Shown one piece after another: positions 52,810 through 62,735 of a stretch of 64,000 bases of DNA. The stretch covers positions 2,914,001-2,978,000 of the forward strand of contig CAKKNE010000006.1 in the NCBI GenBank assembly GCA_918797485.1, given 5' to 3'. The notes under the pieces were generated by a model. The model had not been told where the DNA came from, searched no databases, and saw only the letters and a list, made by a program, of their open reading frames with translations. This DNA comes from Pelagomonas calceolata (taxonomy: Eukaryota). The first letter of the stretch is position 1. The number at the start of each line of letters is the position of its first letter. A program made the position numbers and the translations under genes.

Positions 52810-54180
52810 CTAAGCGAGGATGGCGGCAAGCACGGCCGCGGCGGCGGTGAGGATCGTGGCGGAGGGGAGCCTCCTCGTCGCAGCAGCATCGGAAGAAAAA
52901 TAGTCCCACCAACTCGACTCGTCCTCGAAGACGTAGACCGAGCCCGAGTTCGAGTAGGTGCCGGCGTCGTCGTCGCCGTAGGCCCCGACCACGATGGTGC
53001 CGCCGGCGATCGCCACGGAGCCGCCGAACTGGTCGCTCGCCGCGGCGTCAGCAGCCGTCAGCTTGGCCACCTGGTCGTACGAGGCGCCGCTGTCGCTCGT
53101 GCGGAAGACGTAAGCCGAGCCCGATTTGGAGCCGGCGTCGTCATCGCCGTCGGCCCCGACCACGATGGTGTTGCCGTCGATCGCCACGGAGCGGCCGAAG
53201 TAGTCGTTCGACGCGGCGTCGCTTGCCGTCAGCTTGGCCACCTCGACGTACGTGGTGCCGTCGTCGGTCGTGAGGAAGACGTAGGCTGAGCCCGAGCCGC
53301 TGCTGTAGTATTGGTCGGCCCCGACCACGATGGTGTTGCCGTCGATCGCCACGGAGCCGCCGAACTGGTCGATCGACGCGGCGTCGTCGGCCGTCAGCTT
53401 GGCCACCTCGACGTACGTGGCGCCGTCGGTCGTGCGGAAGACGTAGGCCGAGCCCGAGGCGGAGCCGCCGTCGTCATCGCCGTCGACCCCGACCACGATG
53501 GTGTCGCCAGCGATGGCCACGGAGATGCCGAACTGGTCGATCGCCGCGGCGTCGTCGGCCGTCAGCTTGGCCACCTCGACGTACGTGGCGCCGCCGTCGG
53601 TCGTGCGGAAGACGTAGACTGCGCCACCGGTGCCAGCACTGGATGCCCCAATCACGATTGTGGCGCCGTCAATCGCCACGGAGCTGCCAAATAAGTCGTT
53701 CGCCGCGGCGTCGCTGGCCGTCAGCTTGGCCACCTGGTCGTACGTGCCCCAGGTGCTCTTTTCGAAGACGTAGACCGAGCCCGAGTTGGAGCCGGCGTCG
53801 TCGTCGTTGGTGGCCCCGACAACGATAGTGCTGCCGTCGATCGCCACGGAGCTGCCAAATAAGTCGCCCGCCGCGGCGTCGCTGGCCGTCAGCTTGGCCA
53901 GCTCGGCGCCGTCGCTCGCTCGTAGGACGTAGACTGAGCCCGACCAGGAGCCAGCGTACGGGGCTCCGATCACGACGGTGTCGCCGTCGATGGCCACGGA
54001 GTATCCGAACTTGTCGCCCGCCGCGGCGTCGCTGGCTGCCATCTTCACACGCTCCGAAAAATCGTCGCTCAGCCGCCGATTCTTGCCCGCCTCCCTGCCC
54101 CGCCGCCTCGCGCGGGCGTCCAGCAGGCCCCACGCATGGGGGGCCGCAGCTGCGAGGCAAATAAAGGCGAATGCGTGCAT
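52810..54180 (-). CDS. Secreted, possibly GPI-anchored 7-blade FG-GAP beta-propeller protein (456 aa)
   Basis: ATG at 54180, signal peptide MHAFAFICLAAAAPHAWG; 7 FG-GAP units; SSDAAA followed by hydrophobic tail ATILTAAAAVLAAILA-stop. Confidence 0.85.
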   Translation of the reverse strand: MHAFAFICLAAAAPHAWGLLDARARRRGREAGKNRRLSDDFSERVKMAASDAAAGDKFGYSVAIDGDTVVIGAPYAGSWSGSVYVLRASDGAELAKLTASDAAAGDLFGSSVAIDGSTIVVGATNDDDAGSNSGSVYVFEKSTWGTYDQVAKLTASDAAANDLFGSSVAIDGATIVIGASSAGTGGAVYVFRTTDGGATYVEVAKLTADDAAAIDQFGISVAIAGDTIVVGVDGDDDGGSASGSAYVFRTTDGATYVEVAKLTADDAASIDQFGGSVAIDGNTIVVGADQYYSSGSGSAYVFLTTDDGTTYVEVAKLTASDAASNDYFGRSVAIDGNTIVVGADGDDDAGSKSGSAYVFRTSDSGASYDQVAKLTAADAAASDQFGGSVAIAGGTIVVGAYGDDDAGTYSNSGSVYVFEDESSWWDYFSSDAAATRRLPSATILTAAAAVLAAILA

Positions 54181-54284
54181 TGTTGGGCTGCCCGACGCGA
54201 GCAGCACCCGCGTCCGCTTCTTCTGCTCGGGTCCGGGTCGGGGCGAGGTGGCCGGCGAATCGCGACGCGCGGAAACACACACAC

Positions 54285-55550
54285 TCACGTTACGACGGCA
54301 TACGCGTCCGAGCCGACGCTTGGTACACGGTGGCGGCGACGCGACGCCCGCACCTGCGCCGCCGCGAGCCGCGTCTCGCCGAAGCCGACGACGCCCCGCC
54401 GCGGGCCCGGCGCGTAGTCGTGCACGCCGCACGGTCGCGTCGACGCGTTCCGCCGCAGGTCGTTCACCATGACCGCGAGGCTCGACGTCCGCGCGGGCGA
54501 CTGGACGAACGCGTCGGCCAGGACGCACGTCGCGACGTCCAAGACGACGCGCTCCGACGCCTCGTCCCTTTGCTTGCCTGGTTGCCGCGCGAACCGCGCC
54601 CGGCGGCGCCACTCTTCTATATTCACGCCGAAGCGGGCGTCGTCGTGACCCCCGACGAAGGCGCAGCGCTCGCCGCCGCCGTCGCACAGTTCGAAAAGTT
54701 CGTCGACGGCTTTGGATCGGGACCGCAGCTTCCGGATGTCTCCGAGAGGCATGTCCGAGGCCAGGTAGACCGCCGGCGCGTCGCGACGCGTCCGCAGGTG
54801 CCGTACCAATGCAGCGACGGCGTGGTCCAGGAACAGGACGTAGGTCGCCGTCTCTCCTTTTCCAGTCCTCACATGAGCACACACAATGGGCCGCTTCACG
54901 TGCCGTCTCATATGAACCGTCGCGTCGCGCAGCGCGGGGTGCAGCGCCCACGCGGCGCGCGCCGCCTCGCGGCCGCAGCCCCTCAAATCACAAGCCGGCC
55001 GCACGGCCTCGAGATCCAAGCCGCGGCTCCCGCCCAGGGCCCGCCCTAAATTCAGGATGATTGGATTCGAGGGGAGTTTAGCGGTGATGTTCGCCGCGGT
55101 CCAGCCCCGCGTCATGCTCCCGCAGAAGGGGACCGGGGCCACGCTCAGCGACGCCGCCTCGTCCACAAATTTTAAACCGGTCGCCTCGAACCTGGCGAGG
55201 TCGAGGACGCGGCGCCACGACGCGTGGCCGCTCCGCCGGAACTGCGCGTAGGCCCGGTCGGCCTTGGCCTGCACGTCGTTAACGAGCTTACTAGCACTCA
55301 AACGAGTGCACTTCTGGTCGGCGTACGAGGCCGACAGGCGCCCGTGCGGGAGGATGGGCGGGAGGATCAGCGCCCGGTCCGCCGCGCGGCTGACCCAGAC
55401 CGCCGTCTTGAGGTTGTAGTACTGGTTGCCGAGGCCGCCCGTCGCGGCGAAGGCGAGGTAGCGCTTCCGCCGGACGGCGGGGCAGGGCTTCGCTGCCGTG
55501 CTTACGATGCTACACAGGCACCATGCCTTGTATGATCGATGGCGCCGCAT
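54285..55550 (-). CDS. O-fucosyltransferase-like glycosyltransferase
   Basis: GGLGNQY, RALILPP, CAHVRTG and VYLASD motifs; first ATG at 55550. Confidence 0.7.
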   Translation of the reverse strand: MRRHRSYKAWCLCSIVSTAAKPCPAVRRKRYLAFAATGGLGNQYYNLKTAVWVSRAADRALILPPILPHGRLSASYADQKCTRLSASKLVNDVQAKADRAYAQFRRSGHASWRRVLDLARFEATGLKFVDEAASLSVAPVPFCGSMTRGWTAANITAKLPSNPIILNLGRALGGSRGLDLEAVRPACDLRGCGREAARAAWALHPALRDATVHMRRHVKRPIVCAHVRTGKGETATYVLFLDHAVAALVRHLRTRRDAPAVYLASDMPLGDIRKLRSRSKAVDELFELCDGGGERCAFVGGHDDARFGVNIEEWRRRARFARQPGKQRDEASERVVLDVATCVLADAFVQSPARTSSLAVMVNDLRRNASTRPCGVHDYAPGPRRGVVGFGETRLAAAQVRASRRRHRVPSVGSDAYAVVT

Positions 55551-55879
55551 CAATGCATCACTGAGCCAACTGCGAGCGCTATGGCAGCCATTGCGTCCGC
55601 GGGGCAGCCCCTGCACCGCGGTGCACCATCCAGCTCCCGCACGATTTTTGAGCAGCAAAAGGCGCCGCCCGGCCGCGCGAGCCGCGTGTTACGGACGCAG
55701 CGATCGTACTGGGCCGCGGACTGGACCAGACGACCACGTGGACCAAGCGAAAGCCGAGCAACACCGCGGCTCGGGACCAAGACAGTTGTGGGGGGCTGCC
55801 CCAAGGACATTTGTCGAGCGGACCCGCCGGGACACACGCGACACAACGTGAACGCGGCAGCACGCCATCGACGCGGATC

Positions 55880-56739
55880 ATGGCTGCGGCCGAGGCGAAG
55901 ACCAATGATGCGGAGGCGCCCGCGCCACCTTCAATCATTTACGCGACGAACCCGGAGCCGACCATCGCCCACGGCGCCGCCAAGGACGTGACGGACTGTG
56001 ATTATGGGCGGCTTTTACTGAGGAGGTGGGGCGTGCCCAAGTCGCGCTTCGTCGGCAACATGCTCATCCTCTACAAATCGAAACGCGGCAAGCCCCGAAT
56101 TATGTTAGGGCCCTATTGGACCATGCTGCTGGGCGTGACCGTGCCCCTCTCTATAATAATGCCGGCGCTGATCTGTGGACTACTACTCAGTACCAAAGTA
56201 CATGTAGGCGTGCAGATCGCCTACGGTATTATTGTCCTGTGGACCGCGTGTGCACTCATGTCGGTGTCGCTGCGGAACCCGGGCCTGGTGGAGAGGCGAG
56301 ACTCGATCCCGATGCGCGAGAACGGCAAGCCCGAGCTGGCGTGGGTCTGGAACGATCAAGCTCGAACCTGTGTGGAAATCAACCGGTGTCGGGTGCACCC
56401 GGCAATTCTCCACGAAGTCCTTTCTCGGCGATCGGTGAGGGACCCCACCGCCACGCCATCGAGCTGGCGTCGCGTCGATGGCGTGGAGGTCATGATTCGA
56501 CGCGCCGCGACGATTGGATTTCTACGCAGGCCCGGACGTACAAGCCGCCCGGCGCGCGTTATTGTGATTGGTGCAACGCCGTGTTTTATGAATTTGACCA
56601 CACCTGCCCCTGGACGGGCACGGCGATCGCCCGGAACAACATGCGAAGTTTTCGGTCCTTCGTGGCGCTCGTGCAGCTGGAGCTGTGGTGCACGATCGCG
56701 GTCGTCATTTTGTGGTTCTCGGAGCTGGTGCCCCGGTAA
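55880..56739 (+). CDS. DHHC-family palmitoyltransferase-like protein with a DHTC variant; exons 55880-56359 and 56530-56739 (229 aa)
   Basis: Splicing gives NDQARTYKPPGARYCDWCNAVFYEFDHTCPWTGTAIARNNMRSF; two TM segments and RNPG upstream. Confidence 0.85.
56360..56529 (+). mobile_element. Introner element (162 bp, 56368-56529); 170-nt GC-AG intron
   Basis: TSD GCTCGAAC/GCCCGGAC (6/8); TIRs CTGTGTGGAAATCAA ... GGATTTCTACGCAG; removal fixes the frameshift. Confidence 0.92.
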
Positions 56740-56946
56740 CGACATACTAGTATTCACATTTACACGAAGGAGGGGGAGGGTTTCAAGGCGTACTACTCAT
56801 TGCAGGGGCCCGAGCCGGTACTCCGCGAGCAGGCAGGCTTCCTTCGAAGCCGATACGACGCAGTTGCGGCGCTTGCCCTTCTCGAGGGAGGAGAGCGTCC
56901 GGACCATCGCCGCGTGCCACCCGCACGAAAAAACACACACATAGTA

Positions 56947-59900
56947 TTACTCCTCCGGCGCACTCCCAGCCTCAGACGGCACGTCGTCGTCATACGACAT
57001 CGCGTCATTCAATTGAAACGAGTCGCGGTAGTACAGGTACTTGTCCACCGTCCGGCAGTGCCTCGCCCACGCGTCGTACGAGCCACTTGTAGGCTTGACC
57101 TTCGTATCGTCCTCGCGATTCGGGTCATGGACCACGGCCGTCCGTCTCCGTAGCAGCTCAAACACAGCATCCTGCTCCTGCGGTAAGGCTTGTTCGACGA
57201 CGAGCCGCGCGGCGACCGCACCTACGCGACCTGCTAACGTGCCCGGGTCGTACGTACACGCATCCGGCAGGCTTCCGGGAACGACGGGCCGCTCCGCGCA
57301 CTTCAGGCAGGTCGCCACGTCCCGCACGAGCTGTTTCCGCTGGTCCTCGTCATCATCTAAAATTCGCGGGACGCGAGTAGCCTTCTCTTGAACAACGGAA
57401 GTGGCCTTGTAGAAGTCCGCGCCTTGCGCGAGGGCGCCCTTGTCGACCTTCCTTAAATGGGCTGCCATCTCGTCTTGCGCGCTCTCGTCGGCCGCGACCT
57501 GTGTGGAAATCACAATTTTACGGCGCGTCGTCCTCCACGCCATCGACGCGATGCCTGCTCGATAGCGTTGCCATGCCGGTTCCTCACCGCTCGACCGAGC
57601 CAGGACGGCCGCGTCATCGCCGAGAATGCACCCGACGCACTGGTTGATTTCCACACAGGCCGCGACGAGCTGCCTCGCCCTCTGAGCCATGTCCTTGATG
57701 TTCTTCGACGTGTCGTCCTCCAGCAACCCGCCACTCTTCTCCAACGACGCCTTTTTATCGGCCACGGGGTCGCGCCAGGCCTGCCCATTTCTCTCGACGA
57801 CCGCTCGTCGCTCGAGTAGCGTCCCCACAAAATCTCGCAGCTCGTCATGGGAAGGAGAAAACGTAGCACACCGATCCAACGCCAGCTCCACCTCCCGACA
57901 GCACATGTCCCGATGCGCCTCGGCCAGGTCCGCGACGCGCCCAAGGGCCCGCCACGCGTGCTTCTCGCAGCAGTACCGTCGCGGCCGGTCTCGACCGCCC
58001 TCATCTAATAGCAATTCCGAATTGGGCAAGTCGTCGTCGTCCAGCATGACTCGCGAATGGGATTGGATGTCGGTGATGAGTCTCTTGGTTCGGTTCGACC
58101 GCGGTCCTCGGGGAGGCCTATCTCTCAAGATAGATTCGCGGATGCGCTGCAAGGGATCCTTGGGCAGTTCCGCTTCGTACTCCGCGACCTCCTCCTGCAG
58201 TTTAGCTAATTTATTCTGCTCCAAACTTCCCGAGGGAGGTTTGCGCCTCCCAGCTATATTCTGATACAACGTAACACAAAATCTGCGTATAGACTTCTCG
58301 CGGTCCTCGTCCTTGTCCAACTTAATACTAGGACCGCCGAGCTTCTCGACGTCAGACGTGAACCGTTTCGGCGCGATCGGCCGCGTCCCGATGCACTCAT
58401 ATCCTCGTAACTTGCCGTCGTTCGCCAGAAAGAACTCCCGGAGGATGTGATCCCTCTTCTTGTGCTTCGCGAAGACATCTAGAAATAATTCTACGAGAGC
58501 GTCGACGCAGTCGCGGTGGTCGCCTCTACACCCCGCAGCTACTGGCTGCAAGAGAATATCAATCCGATCCTGCAGCGTCGGCTCGCCGTCCTCGTCAAAA
58601 CAAGGGACGAACTTGCCGATGCTACCCACATGCCTGAAGCGCGGATCCGTCCAGACCTTCTTTTTCTGGTATTTCGCGGGTGCGCTCAATTGCGACCAGA
58701 CGGAGCGATCATCTTCCGTTAATGTAGGGTGGTCCTTGGTGATGATCGTCGACTGCTGCAAGTCGAACCCTCCAAGCGAGTCGACCTCATTTAATAAAGG
58801 TCCCGGCTCGATCGACGCCGACGGCCGCATGACCTCGGCATGCTCGACGCCGTTCGGCTGCGGTATACTGACGCCGCCCTCCTGCAGCGACGACACGTCG
58901 TGCAGGTCCTGCTTCTGGTACGCCTTCTTCGCCCAGTGCCGGTTCATCTCGCTCTTCTTCCCGAAGAACTCCTCGTCGCCCGTCTGGAACGCTTTCGCAT
59001 CTTGCCGCTCTTCGATGCTTCTCTTGGCGAGGTAGTTCGTCGGCGCCGCTTCATCCCGCAGATCCTGCTGCCGGTAGACCTCGGCCAGGGCGACTATCTT
59101 TCTTCTAGTCTTTCTGTCCACATACAACGGTGCTGAGAGTAGGACATCTTCAGTCAACGCCGCGAAGGAACCCCTGTCATCATACCCGTAGCTACACAAC
59201 CTCTCAATGATGTGCGGCGGACACCGTAGTAGTTTGAGCTCCCGCCTCAAGTCAAATGAAGCAGAGTGAGGATGCATCTTCGACGCGACGCTCTTATTTT
59301 TCGTGGCCTTGCCCCGTCGACGAGCACTCATCTCCTGGGACCGCCGCTGCGACTCCATGCTCCGTCGTAGGGCCTCCTCCTCGTCTTGGTCCTTCTCGGG
59401 CTCCTCTTCTTCATATTCTAACGGTTTGATGGACACGGAACCGGTCCCGATGCTCCACTCCGACGGCAGACTATCCACATCTATCTCCGATTCCTCGAAG
59501 GGCGGCCTATATTTAGAACGAGCCACGTAGACCTTGTTCGGCCACTCATCCTGTGAAACTTCACCGTAGACGCCCTTCGGCACTATGTCATCATCTTGTA
59601 ACATCTGGCCCTGAAATAGTAATACATAGCGATGCCTCAAGTGCTCGTGTTTCTCGACCTCCGGCATGATGTCGTCCCGCTTCGCGATGAACTGCCGTAC
59701 TTTTTGTCGTAAAACAGCCACTTTGCAGGGCTTCAGGACATCAATGCAAATCTCGACCGAGTCCCACGCCTGGACAACAACAACGGTGTCGTTTTCCTTG
59801 AGGACGGCGAAGTTCTCCTGCATGCGGCTCATAAAACCTTGCTTTTTGGGGGGAGAACCTGTGTGGAAATCAAATTGTCGCGGCGCGTCTCCGCCACTGC

Positions 59901-61011
59901 TGAATCATGACCTTACGCCATCGACGCGACGCCACCTCGATGGCGTGGCGGTGTGGGTCTTACACGACTCGATTCAGTCATCAGGGCCGCGTCGTCGCCG
60001 AGAAATGACTTAGTGAAGAATTATCGGGTGCACCCGACACACTGGTTGGTTTCCACACAGCGGTGAACCAAACGCTTCCTTCTTCTTGGGCTTCTTCTTC
60101 TGTTTATTACCGAACCAGGACGACGCCTTCTTCTTGGCCGGCTTGTCCGGCGACATGTCGCCCCTCGCGAGCGACGTCGAGTTCTTCGTCCTCGTCAGTT
60201 GGGGCGGCTTCCAGCCCGGCGACGCGGACCGACTGCGGCTCCGGAACATGAAGTACCGCCGCGCCGCCTTCTGCGTCTTCGTCCGGCCGCGCTCCGCCGC
60301 GCGTTCCGCCTGGATCACCTTGTCCTCGCGTTCCTTCTTGCCCCGTTCCTTCGCCTCGACGGCGTCGTCGACCCGCGTCAATGCTCTTTCCGCCGCGGCC
60401 GCCGCGAGGTCGTCTGCATCCTGGTCATGCGTCGGTGACGAGCCTCCTTTGATCAGGCCGCTCCGCACCACATTTCTCACTTTATCTCTCGAGGAGGGTC
60501 GCTTATCCTCGTCTTGCGGGATGGACTCTTGGGTCCAGGAGTCGTGCAACGTGTCGTCGTCCTTTTTCTCCGGCGTCTCGGTCAGTACCGTGTCCGGCGA
60601 CTTGGCGCGCTCTTCTGGTGTATTTGTGAAGACCGTGTCCGGTGATGTGGCTCGCTCCGGCGTGTAGACCGTGTCGGACGGACTCGTGGCGTCCGCACTG
60701 AAGACCGTATCGGAGGGAGATAAAGCCCCTTGGCCGCTCTCCGCGTAGGACGTCGTCACGAGGCGACTGGGAGACGCGAAGCTCACACTTGTGGCAGCCA
60801 CGGACGGCTGGATCTCGAGCGTGTCCGACGGCTGCGTCGACGGCTCCGCCAATTGAGCGGCGGACGCCCGCAGCGTCGAACCGGGGCTGTCCACGGACGC
60901 CTCGGCGTTTACTGAGGAAGCATCAATATTGGCCGCCTCATCAATATCGGCGGGCATGTCCGGGTCCCGCAGCGGCGTGAGGGCGCCGGGCTCGCCGCGG
61001 TCGTCGGCCAT
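56947..61011 (-). CDS. Large hypothetical protein (~1228 aa) with ubiquitin-like and SAM-like segments; exons 61011-60069, 59858-57667 and 57498-56947
   Basis: ORFs join as EAFG-SPPKKQGFMSRMQ and RQL-VAADES; YVLLFQGQMLQDDDIV is Ub-like; IERLCSYGYDDRGSFAALTEDVL is SAM-like; SP(S)DTV repeats near the N-terminus. Confidence 0.75.
57499..57666 (-). mobile_element. Introner element (160 bp, 57499-57658) with perfect 8-bp TSD; 168-nt in-frame GT-AG intron
   Basis: GCCGCGAC at 57491-57498 and 57659-57666; TIRs CTGTGTGGAAATCA / TGATTTCCACACAG. Confidence 0.95.
59859..60068 (-). mobile_element. Introner element (202 bp, 59859-60060); 210-nt GT-AG intron
   Basis: TSD GGGAGAAC/CGGTGAAC (6/8); TIRs CTGTGTGGAAATCAA / TTGGTTTCCACACAG. 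Confidence 0.93.
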
Positions 61012-61342
61012 CGTCGGCAACGCTGCCCAGAGCCGCTGGTAAGGGAGGGCTGGCTCTGAGGCCCACGCTCGCGTATAGGCCGCTTCCTCGGGACGCGGGG
61101 GCTGCCTCCTCACCAGCGCTTGACCTTGTTGGGCCCCGTACGGAGCGGCGGGCAGCCTTTGCTCGAGCGGCGCTGAGCTTTAGGTAGCGGGTAACCCACT
61201 AGATTTTTGCAGACTTTTTGGCCGGCGCCGTCTGTGGCGCTAGGAGCGCCACGCGTCACGAAACTCACGCAACTGGTCGGCACCGACGCGCTGTCGACGC
61301 GTGCGGCCGCGCGGGCAGCCCCATAATGATCACCAAAGTGCC

Positions 61343-62650
61343 ATGAGGGCAGCACTGCTGCTGCTCCTCGCCCCGCTGCACGCGCAGCAGCGCCGCACGA
61401 TCAACGACGTCGTGAGTACGCGGCCGAAGTACTCGATCAACGACGTCGTCAGCCGTAAACAATCAAGAGGCCGGCCGCGCGTCGGTATCGCATACACGCG
61501 CAACGAGGTGACCGCAGGACCGAACGGCCACACGGAGGAACACCACGTCTTTGAACTAAGGAATGCCGTGTTATCCGCTTTATCTGTCAAGCGCGCGGCA
61601 CCCGCACTGCCCGTGGCGTTGTTTACGGATCTGAGCGCGGCCGAGGTCAAAGCTGCCGCGAGGCGTCTCTTGAACGACACGTCTCACCGACGCGTCTTTG
61701 ACTACGTGCTGCCCAATGCGCAGTTCAAGCCGAGAAATGAGCAAGAGGCTCGCCTGTTGAAGGGTGGTGGCGACGCCGTGGTGCTGCGGCGGAGGCAGAA
61801 GCTCCGCTCGCGACTGGGGCGGTTGCTGAATCTCGCGGGGAAGCCCTTCGACCTCACTTTATTTGTCGACGACGACACCTACTTCTGCCCGTCGCCGGAG
61901 CAGAAATGCGAGCGCTACGGCTGCTCGTCGCCCGATAGGCCTCTCGTGCGTGTCTTGAGGCATCTGTACGCCACTAGAAAAGTCTACGACGTGCGGGCCA
62001 CGGTCTTCGCGCGAGATGCGAAGGAAGGCGTGCTGCAGAACGAGGCAAAACGCTGCGTCTGGTCTCGAGCCGCAGACAGGGGCTTCTCCGCTACCTTAGA
62101 GGCCCAATGTCTGGAACGAGCGGCCACGCGCCGGTCGGCCTGCGGCGGCGCGCAGGGCGGCGCCATGGCCGTGTCCGCCGGCGACCGCAGTCGACAATTT
62201 GTGCGGGACTGGGTCGACGCTTACTTAAGGCATTGGACGAAGCAGGCCACGCGGTTAGGTGCGGGCAAGTATGATGAGAGGGAAGCTCGGACGTTTGCGT
62301 CAGATCAGGGGCCTTTGTTGGATGTGGCGCAGACGCGGTGCAAGGAAGAAGAAAGTACGAAGCCTAAATGGAAGCTCGGCGCCCTGCCACGAACCATGAA
62401 CGTGAGGGACGCGGACGCGGCCCCGGACTGTAGGAACTCGGTGTTCGGTCCTGTATTGTTCTTGCATCAGAAGAAATATGTCAGAGGCGGGTCGATCCCC
62501 GAAGCGGTTCAGAGGCTCGACGGCGTGTGTCGGAGGGTGAACCGGCCTTTACATGATGGCGGGCTCTCGTGGAAAAACAAGACCAAACCGCCTTTTGAAT
62601 GTGGTTGGATGTCTCCCAGAGGCGCGCCGGCGGGGACGCCTTTGCTTTAG
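61343..62650 (+). CDS. Secretory-pathway glycosyltransferase-like protein (GT-A type, DxD)
   Basis: Signal peptide MRAALLLLLAPLHA; SALSVKR...PVALFTD, PFDLTLFVDDDTYFC and SDQGPL motifs. Confidence 0.6.
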   Translation: MRAALLLLLAPLHAQQRRTINDVVSTRPKYSINDVVSRKQSRGRPRVGIAYTRNEVTAGPNGHTEEHHVFELRNAVLSALSVKRAAPALPVALFTDLSAAEVKAAARRLLNDTSHRRVFDYVLPNAQFKPRNEQEARLLKGGGDAVVLRRRQKLRSRLGRLLNLAGKPFDLTLFVDDDTYFCPSPEQKCERYGCSSPDRPLVRVLRHLYATRKVYDVRATVFARDAKEGVLQNEAKRCVWSRAADRGFSATLEAQCLERAATRRSACGGAQGGAMAVSAGDRSRQFVRDWVDAYLRHWTKQATRLGAGKYDEREARTFASDQGPLLDVAQTRCKEEESTKPKWKLGALPRTMNVRDADAAPDCRNSVFGPVLFLHQKKYVRGGSIPEAVQRLDGVCRRVNRPLHDGGLSWKNKTKPPFECGWMSPRGAPAGTPLL

Positions 62651-62735
62651 CGTCTGCGCGATGGCGTCGAGATTCCACGCCATCGACGCGGCGTTGTCGC
62701 CTCGACTTAGTTTGTTAACATTATTTACATTAACA

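Noticed and set aside
54181..54951. 713-aa version of the FG-GAP protein
   Set aside because: The upstream extension overlaps the glycosyltransferase gene in another frame, and a clean signal peptide starts at ATG 54180.
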